Source of the DNA: an uncultured Clostridia bacterium
GTDB lineage: Bacteria > Acidobacteriota > Aminicenantia > UBA2199
Direction of reading: 5' to 3'
DNA: 64,000 bases
Assembly (NCBI GenBank): GCA_964400545.1
Contig: CAYNUG010000001.1
Coordinates: 2,394 to 66,393, forward strand
The translations under genes were made by a program, and so were the position numbers. The notes below the pieces were generated by a model, which was not told the DNA's origin, did not search any database, and saw only the letters and a program-made list of their open reading frames with translations. Below are positions 19,875 through 26,668 of this stretch, piece after piece (within the stretch, counting starts at the first letter, position 1; each line of letters opens with the position of its first letter).

Positions 19875-22121
19875 CTATACTTTAACTGCCTTTTTTCCCA
19901 TAAATGTTTTTTTGAACAGATCCACAAATATCATAATACCGCCCAGGATCATTAACGTATCAGGTAAAATACGGAACCACATCCAACCACGGACGATCTC
20001 GATCGCTTCCCGTGTTCTGGTAAAATAGTAACCCATTTCGGCAGCGATCCTGGTCTGTTCCAAACCGATGATCAATGTTGGAAGCGCAAAAAGCAAGACA
20101 CCGATCGTTAGAGACCAGAACCCGATCTTACTCAATTTGTCATTCCACTCCCATCCGTTTGCCATCGAATTAGCTCGAGAGGTCATATAGAGGAAAGCGA
20201 TCGAGATGTAACCGAACGCTCCCAATAAAGCAACATGGCCATGGGGCATGATCAGATAAGTTCCATGAGAATAATATGAGATCGTAGGAGTATTAATAAC
20301 CATACCGAAGAATCCGGCTCCTATCCAATTCAGGATGGCAGATCCTGCAATCCACATAAAAGGCGTGCTGAACTGATTTTCTTCTCCTGACAATTTTTTC
20401 TTCCTCAAATTTTTCCAGGCTTCAACGATCATCAACGCAAGAGGAAGCGGTTCAAGTGCAGAAAAAATTCCGCCGATAGCTATCCAGTATTGATCCAGTC
20501 CCTGCCAGAAGTAATGATGACCAACTCCCAGTGTCCCCGACATCATAATAAGGAACAACTCGAAAAACATCGTCCTTTCAGCGGTCTTTCGGGAAATCAA
20601 TCCGAGAGTGACTGTGAAATATGCGATCACACCGGCAGCAAACAGTTCAAAAGTCAACTCGACCCATAGATGTATAACCCACCATCGATAGTAATCATCG
20701 ACTGTAAAGTTAGGCATGATCTTATGAATAGGCATCATACCTGCAATGTATAATGTTGCTATTGCAAAAGCTGACCATATAATTGTCCCGACAAGCGGAT
20801 TGTTCGTCGAAGCTTTTTTGATCAAAGTTATGATCAGAATAAACCAGAAAACCAATCCCAGGACCAGTCCTATATCCCATACTCGTCCCAGATTCAGTAA
20901 CTCCCGACCTTCATTCCCAAACCAGAACCATACCTTACGCAAATAACCATTTGCCCCCAGATACAATCCTATGGTAGAACCAACAGCAACCACGACCAGT
21001 GCTGACCAGAGTACATCAATCAGCCATGGCATTTTATGATCTTTATTTGCAATCAACGGCGCAATTAACAAACCCCCTACCAGCCAGCCAACAGCTACCC
21101 ACAGAATGGCCAACTGAGTATGAATGGAACGAAGTACATTAAATGGCAACAAACTTTGTGAAAAAATAAAATTCTGTGTAGGATTTGCATACAGGTGGGC
21201 TAAGTATGCACCTATGATCAATTGAACCACAAATAATAAACTTACTACAGGAATATATTTCAAAAGTTTTTTCTGTGATTTGAATAAAGTAGTTATTTTT
21301 AAAGCAGGCTCAAGTTTCTCGTTCTCTTCTTTTTTGAAAAGGTATTCATAAGACAAAAAGATAACGATTATAGTAAGGGTCCACAATAACAGGAACTCCC
21401 ATAATGAAACTATATGACTGTTGTATGAAGTATCCTGATCAACGAGCGGTTCCTTTGGCCAGTTGTTTGACCAGGTTCTCTCTTCACCGATCTTCCCCTC
21501 GGTTCCGGGCCGAAGTGATGATGCCACAAGCTGGGACCAATCAATAAAAGTTGCAATTTTTTTTGCTTCTGACTCTAATATCACTCCGCCAACGAATGCT
21601 CTTTCCTTATCCCCGTTTACCAGCATATCCGTTAAATGTTCGACATTTTTCTTATATGCTAATGCTGAAGCATCAGTATAGGTAACTCCGGACTCCATTA
21701 ACTTAGTCTGCTTCCGGAAATCTTCCTTGACGCGAACTTTCACTCCGCCTCTTTCAATATCCGTCAGATCTTTTGCTGATTTACCATACATCTGCCCGGC
21801 ATAATAATCATACAGAAACTCTGCTCTATGGTGAAAGAACTCCGTAGTAAAATCAGGACCCATATAAGCGCCCATCCCCAACAGAGTCCCCCAATCCATC
21901 AAATCGAATTCCTGAAAATACCCTTTCCCCTCAACCACATCATCGTAAGTATACAAAACTTCACCAGATTCGGATTGAACTACTTTAGGAATAGGTGGAA
22001 CTTCCTTCTGCAAATTCGCAGTAAAATAGATTAGGATAGAAACCATAAAAATGGCAATCATCCAGAAACCGACATAGAGACTTTTTCGGCTCATAAATTT
22101 GTCTAACAATGATTCTTTCAT
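19875..22121 (-). CDS. quinol-dependent nitric oxide reductase (qNOR; NorB fused to a heme-less NorC-like extension)
   Basis: 748 aa. The N-terminal extension of about 250 aa has one TM helix and no Cys, hence no CxxCH. It is followed by a 12-TM heme-copper-oxidase subunit I-like core with His ligands (HGHVALLG, VGHHYFWQG). Confidence 0.85.
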   Translation of the reverse strand: MKESLLDKFMSRKSLYVGFWMIAIFMVSILIYFTANLQKEVPPIPKVVQSESGEVLYTYDDVVEGKGYFQEFDLMDWGTLLGMGAYMGPDFTTEFFHHRAEFLYDYYAGQMYGKSAKDLTDIERGGVKVRVKEDFRKQTKLMESGVTYTDASALAYKKNVEHLTDMLVNGDKERAFVGGVILESEAKKIATFIDWSQLVASSLRPGTEGKIGEERTWSNNWPKEPLVDQDTSYNSHIVSLWEFLLLWTLTIIVIFLSYEYLFKKEENEKLEPALKITTLFKSQKKLLKYIPVVSLLFVVQLIIGAYLAHLYANPTQNFIFSQSLLPFNVLRSIHTQLAILWVAVGWLVGGLLIAPLIANKDHKMPWLIDVLWSALVVVAVGSTIGLYLGANGYLRKVWFWFGNEGRELLNLGRVWDIGLVLGLVFWFILIITLIKKASTNNPLVGTIIWSAFAIATLYIAGMMPIHKIMPNFTVDDYYRWWVIHLWVELTFELFAAGVIAYFTVTLGLISRKTAERTMFFELFLIMMSGTLGVGHHYFWQGLDQYWIAIGGIFSALEPLPLALMIVEAWKNLRKKKLSGEENQFSTPFMWIAGSAILNWIGAGFFGMVINTPTISYYSHGTYLIMPHGHVALLGAFGYISIAFLYMTSRANSMANGWEWNDKLSKIGFWSLTIGVLLFALPTLIIGLEQTRIAAEMGYYFTRTREAIEIVRGWMWFRILPDTLMILGGIMIFVDLFKKTFMGKKAVKV

Positions 22122-22251
22122 AACACCTCCGTTATAAACTCATCTATTTTTTATACTGTAGTCTAAATACAAAATCAATATTTTTTCTACTTACAGACCG
22201 ATAGTATTAATCGTTATATTTTAATTATTTTAATACAACCGATCTGGTTAA

Positions 22252-22268
22252 GTCAAATTTGCTTTGAC
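22252..22268. promoter_or_regulatory. inverted repeat upstream of the NO reductase gene
   Basis: GTCAAA (22252-22257), TTTGC, TTTGAC (22263-22268); lies 131-147 nt upstream of the qNOR ATG (22121). Confidence 0.2.
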
Positions 22269-22502
22269 ATACGTTCGTTTTGGATCAGGCCCCTTTCTAT
22301 TCAAAAAAAAATATTCTCTTATTTCTCAGAAAACAAAAACCTAAGTTATCAATCAAATCGTATCAGTGAAAGTTGTGAGAAAGAGCTATCCCCCATGCTA
22401 AAATAATCCTGAGAAATTGTAAGACGGATTGCAAAATATCACTATAGAAAAACACACCGGCATTCTGATAATTATTTTTTCACAAAAACCGGAACAGCAG
22501 GA

Positions 22503-23192
22503 TCAAGAACCTGAAAGCAATTTTATTTTCTTAGAAGCTTCCCCGCTCAACGGACTGAACATTTTCTCCAACATCCTCAATTCCTTTAGTGCATCGCCTT
22601 TCCTGTTCATCCTCAGAAAACAAATACTCCGGTAGTAAATCGCCTCATCATAATAGGATGGGTCCATACTATTCGTGATCATGTTGAAAAAAGAAAGTGC
22701 ATTTTCATTTTCTCCATTTATCAGACCAAGTATCCCGCTGAAAAACCATATTTGCGGATTCCCATTCTTAATGGTTTTAATGATTTTATATGAACTGTCA
22801 TAATCACCTTTCGAGTAATATTCCATCAATTGATCGAATACAGACGGCACATTGTACCCCCTGTTTTCGCCTTTGATATAGAGCGGTGGGGTAAAACAGG
22901 AAATTTCGATCAATTTTTTATTTCTGCTGCCAAGATCTACAAAAAACAATGAAGAAAACACAATAAGGATCAATGCGGCAACAACAAGTAAAGGTTTGAA
23001 AACAAAAAAATGCTTACGTTTCTCTCCGGAAACAATATTTACCTTTTTTCTATACAGGATCTCATTAACTTTCAGTGAAGCAAAACAATCATTACATATG
23101 AAATAATGCTCTTCAAAGTTTTCTTTTTTTTCATCCGGAATCGTCCCGTCCAAATAGCTGCCGATAAGAGATTCAAATTCACTACAGTTCAT
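22503..23192 (-). CDS. anti-sigma factor (zf-HC2, single TM, extracytoplasmic TPR-like domain)
   Basis: 229 aa with H-x3-C-x2-C in EEHYFICNDC, TM FKPLLVVAALILIVFSSLFFV, and a helical-repeat C-terminus. Lies 10 nt downstream of the ECF sigma gene. Confidence 0.65.
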   Translation of the reverse strand: MNCSEFESLIGSYLDGTIPDEKKENFEEHYFICNDCFASLKVNEILYRKKVNIVSGEKRKHFFVFKPLLVVAALILIVFSSLFFVDLGSRNKKLIEISCFTPPLYIKGENRGYNVPSVFDQLMEYYSKGDYDSSYKIIKTIKNGNPQIWFFSGILGLINGENENALSFFNMITNSMDPSYYDEAIYYRSICFLRMNRKGDALKELRMLEKMFSPLSGEASKKIKLLSGS

Positions 23193-23202
23193 GTTTCCTC
23201 TG

Positions 23203-23763
23203 TCATTTAAATAGATCTTCAGCTCTCATTATCTCACTTTTTATTTTTTTTAACGCCCTCTCTTTTCGGACACTTACATAATGTTTTGTCCTTTGCAATA
23301 ATACGGATATTTCACCCACAGAGTTCTCTTTCATAAAAAATTCCTTTAAGATCGTCCTGTCGATTTCTTTAAGTTTTTCAATGTGAGTATTTATAAGTTT
23401 TATCAACCTGTCATTGTTCAGGATATCCTCACCTGAAAAATCAACAAAAGGATAATGAGTGTTTTCTGCTTTCTTTCTTATATTTTCAGTTTTCTTTTTC
23501 TTGTAAAAAAAATTGTAAACGACTCTTTTTGCAATACCGAAAATAAAAGGTGCTATAAACACATCTTCAGAGATCTTTCCTTTTTTCACAGCGTCAAAAA
23601 AAGAAACAAAAACCTCCTGAACAAGATCATCGTAGTTATCCACACCTTTTATTCTTGATCTGAAATAAGTGAAGAGTCTGGAATTATATTTGCCGACAAT
23701 TATCGTATCAACGGAAGAGTTATCTGTTTTTAATAATTGTATTAAACTTTTGTCTCCCTTCAT
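23203..23763 (-). CDS. ECF-type RNA polymerase sigma factor
   Basis: 186 aa with region 2 (DDLVQEVFVSFF) and region 4 HTH (SVGEISVLLQRTKHYVSVRKERALKKI). Confidence 0.8.
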   Translation of the reverse strand: MKGDKSLIQLLKTDNSSVDTIIVGKYNSRLFTYFRSRIKGVDNYDDLVQEVFVSFFDAVKKGKISEDVFIAPFIFGIAKRVVYNFFYKKKKTENIRKKAENTHYPFVDFSGEDILNNDRLIKLINTHIEKLKEIDRTILKEFFMKENSVGEISVLLQRTKHYVSVRKERALKKIKSEIMRAEDLFK

Positions 23764-23790
23764 TACCCTTTCCCTGATAAATCCAAAATA

Positions 23791-23819
23791 ATTCTAATGG
23801 ATTATCATTCATTAATCAA
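23791..23819 (-). promoter_or_regulatory. sigma-70-like promoter candidate for the ECF sigma operon
   Basis: On the - strand: TTGATT (23819-23814), 17-nt spacer, TAGAAT (23796-23791). Sits about 28 nt upstream of the ATG at 23763. Confidence 0.3.
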
Positions 23820-26604
23820 GAAATTGAAACTTTTTTCTATTTTCAATAAGATTAAATTTATGAGACAGAAATTTCTGTTGTTATTTATACTATCATTTAC
23901 ACTGAATATTTGCCCCGTCCCCCGGGAAAAAAGCAACATTCCGGTAGAAACACTTAACACTCTCATGGAGAACGTTCACAATTTCAATAGTGCTGAAGAT
24001 AATATCTGGACACTAAAGCAGGATCTGAGAAGTATCAATCGCTATGGAAAGAGTATCAACAACCATAAGAAAGTCTTTCTTTTTTTCAATCAACTGCTCA
24101 GAGAAAAAAAATTTAAAGATATTCATTACTTCATTTATCTTCAACTTGCAAAACGGACTAAAAATAAAAAGAGATCCTATTTAAGAAAAGCTCTTCAACT
24201 CTCTCTTAATGATGAATCCAGACTTGAAGTTCTTGTGAAGCTCTATGAGTATCATAAGTGGAAAGGTGATACTGAAAGTGAAATATTTTATCTGAAGAAG
24301 CAGGTCAATATCAGGAAAAAATCCGGAAACAGAAAGGGATTGCAAAAAACATATACTGCAATCGGAGATTACTACCTGTTGGAGAATAATCTCATAAGAT
24401 CCCTTCAAAATTTCTTTGAAGCACTGAAATATTCTGAACGTACAATAAATGCAAAAAATGGATATATCTATGAGAAGATAGCAATAGTTTTCTCTTCACT
24501 GGGAAGAAATAAACTGGCGCTCAAATATTTGAAAAAAGCCCTCGATTGTTCAACAAAATTCAGAACTGATACTCTCCGCAGATCAGTTCTTAATGATTTC
24601 GGAAAAATTTACTTTTCCATAGGAGATTATAAGAATGCAGATTATTACAACAATCTCAGTCTGAAAATCTCAGAGAAAAAAAATTTGCCTGTATTGAAAT
24701 TAAATTCGGATTATTTAAAAGCCCGAATATATTTTAAGACCGGAAAGGAAATAGAAGGGCTAAGCTTACTTAAAACTGCAGTTGACAATGGTATCCGTTC
24801 AGAATCATATATTGATCTCCTCCCTGTCCTTTATGAGTTCATAAGAAAAGCCATTCTGTATGGAAACCTTGAGATCGCCTCCTCGTATCTGCAGTGGCTG
24901 GACGAAATCTACGCACCGTATCATAGAGGTTATTTCCTTTACTATTTTCTGAAAGCTGTCATTAGCGAAAAAAAAGGAGATCTCGGAAATGCCGGAAAAT
25001 TTTTTGACAGAACCGTAAACAATCTAGAAAAATTCTTTTCAGGATTGAAAAACCTTAAGTATTACCCTTTCAAGAAAGAAATAACATATATATATTCGAT
25101 TATTGCCAGATTTAATTTCAGAATGTTCGACCTTACAAATGATGTCAAATTTCTTAAGAAAGCAATTTATGCCGGAGAAGTTAAGAATCCTTATATGTTC
25201 CGGCTTTCACATAAAAAGACGAAACAGTCCTTAAATATCTCAATTGAAAGAAATAGGATCAAAAATGAGATCAGCTCAACAAAAAACAGACTTACGTCAG
25301 TTGAAAATAATAGTAATGAAAAAACATTTTTCAAAAACAGACTTTCAAAGTTAAGGACACAACTTGTTGAAATGGACGATCTGCTGATAGAAGTACCGAA
25401 GAATTATAGTAGATACCGGATTTCCGATCTGGATATATCCGGGATCCAGAAAACATTGGCGAAAGATACTGTAATAATAAGATTTTTGATTCTTGAAAAA
25501 AACGCATACGCATTTGTTATAGATAACAAATCAATAGGATATAAAAAGCTGGAAAGAAGCAGTAAATATATCCGGGAACTGACCAATACCCTTATAAACC
25601 CGATAGAAGATTATGCTGAAGGTTCTGTGGATTTCCTTAGAATTAAATACGATCTGAAAAAATCTCAGGAATTGTATAACATCATTCTGTTTGAAATTCT
25701 CGAATTTCAAAAAGATAAAAAAAAGTTGATCATCATTCCCGATAATGTACTTTTCAAGATCCCGTTCGAAGCTCTCGCAACCGACATCGGGAATATCACA
25801 AGATCATCAGGGATCATTTTTTCAGAATACGAAAATGCACGATTCCTTATTGACAACTATTCTGTAGAATATGTTCTCTCTCTGTTTCATTTACATAAAA
25901 AGAAAAAATCGGGGAAGAACATTTATAACCTTGCTGCATTCGGTTTCCCGGAAATAATATCAAAGAACAAAGATTCCCGGGATTATTTCGGTTTCCCCGA
26001 TTCAGGGCTACTAAGCCTTCCGTCATCCGGTATAGAAATAAACAAGATAAAAAAGATTTGGGGGAAAAACAGAAATCGGTACTTTACGGGAACAGGCTTC
26101 ACAAAAGAAAATTTTATACGAATTGCACCGGAATCAAGAATAGTCCATATTGCAACCCACTTTGTAAGCAACGAAGAATACCCTTGGTACTCATTCTTTT
26201 TGTTTTCTCCCGGCAAGAAAGGCGACGCCATTTATTACGTTTCGGAAATGTCAAAATTAAAACTGAATTGCGAACTGATGTTCCTGAGCACCTGTAAAAG
26301 TTCTGAGAACCACCTTATGGGCGAACAATTGATCAACGGTGTGACAGCTGCGCTCTTCAATTCCGGAGTAAGATCAATTATTGCAAGTTCATGGCCGGTA
26401 AATGAATTCAGCACCGGATTGATCACTCCGTTCTATACGGAATTAATGAAGGATCCTGAGGTTAGTAATGATGTTTCAAGATTAATGAGAAAAATAAAAA
26501 TATCTTTTAAGAAAAAAAGGATCCGGCTAAAAAGCGGACAAATTGTATCTTTCAGCCATCCCCTTATATGGGCAAATTTCAATTTATACAGATTCAATTT
26601 ATAA
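23797..26604 (+). CDS. exported TPR-repeat protein with C-terminal CHAT (caspase-like) domain
   Basis: 935 aa; alternative start M22 at 23860 gives the signal-like MRQKFLLLFILSFTLNICPV. About 600 aa of TPR-like helical repeats plus coiled coil precede the CHAT domain from about 25726 (LIIIPDNVLFKIPFEALA). Putative dyad: His in VHIATHF (26146-26160) and Cys in LMFLSTCKSS (26293-26295). Confidence 0.8.
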   Translation: MDYHSLIKKLKLFSIFNKIKFMRQKFLLLFILSFTLNICPVPREKSNIPVETLNTLMENVHNFNSAEDNIWTLKQDLRSINRYGKSINNHKKVFLFFNQLLREKKFKDIHYFIYLQLAKRTKNKKRSYLRKALQLSLNDESRLEVLVKLYEYHKWKGDTESEIFYLKKQVNIRKKSGNRKGLQKTYTAIGDYYLLENNLIRSLQNFFEALKYSERTINAKNGYIYEKIAIVFSSLGRNKLALKYLKKALDCSTKFRTDTLRRSVLNDFGKIYFSIGDYKNADYYNNLSLKISEKKNLPVLKLNSDYLKARIYFKTGKEIEGLSLLKTAVDNGIRSESYIDLLPVLYEFIRKAILYGNLEIASSYLQWLDEIYAPYHRGYFLYYFLKAVISEKKGDLGNAGKFFDRTVNNLEKFFSGLKNLKYYPFKKEITYIYSIIARFNFRMFDLTNDVKFLKKAIYAGEVKNPYMFRLSHKKTKQSLNISIERNRIKNEISSTKNRLTSVENNSNEKTFFKNRLSKLRTQLVEMDDLLIEVPKNYSRYRISDLDISGIQKTLAKDTVIIRFLILEKNAYAFVIDNKSIGYKKLERSSKYIRELTNTLINPIEDYAEGSVDFLRIKYDLKKSQELYNIILFEILEFQKDKKKLIIIPDNVLFKIPFEALATDIGNITRSSGIIFSEYENARFLIDNYSVEYVLSLFHLHKKKKSGKNIYNLAAFGFPEIISKNKDSRDYFGFPDSGLLSLPSSGIEINKIKKIWGKNRNRYFTGTGFTKENFIRIAPESRIVHIATHFVSNEEYPWYSFFLFSPGKKGDAIYYVSEMSKLKLNCELMFLSTCKSSENHLMGEQLINGVTAALFNSGVRSIIASSWPVNEFSTGLITPFYTELMKDPEVSNDVSRLMRKIKISFKKKRIRLKSGQIVSFSHPLIWANFNLYRFNL
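23824..23852 (+). promoter_or_regulatory. sigma-70-like promoter candidate for the CHAT gene
   Basis: TTGAAA (23824-23829), 17-nt spacer, TAAGAT (23847-23852). The predicted TSS falls at or next to the internal ATG 23860 (MRQKF...), which would imply a near-leaderless mRNA. Confidence 0.25.
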
Positions 26605-26668
26605 AAAGGAGAAATAAAATGAGATATAGTAAATGTATTTATATATATAGAATAAGGAGAATCATACT

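Noticed and set aside
22122-22502. The 380-bp gap between qNOR and the anti-sigma gene as a hidden small gene or ncRNA, including the 68-aa ORF 22429-22635
   Set aside because: The ORF overlaps the anti-sigma CDS in antisense and has no RBS. The gap is AT-rich with no convincing stable structure. Only the short palindrome was kept, as a low-confidence site.
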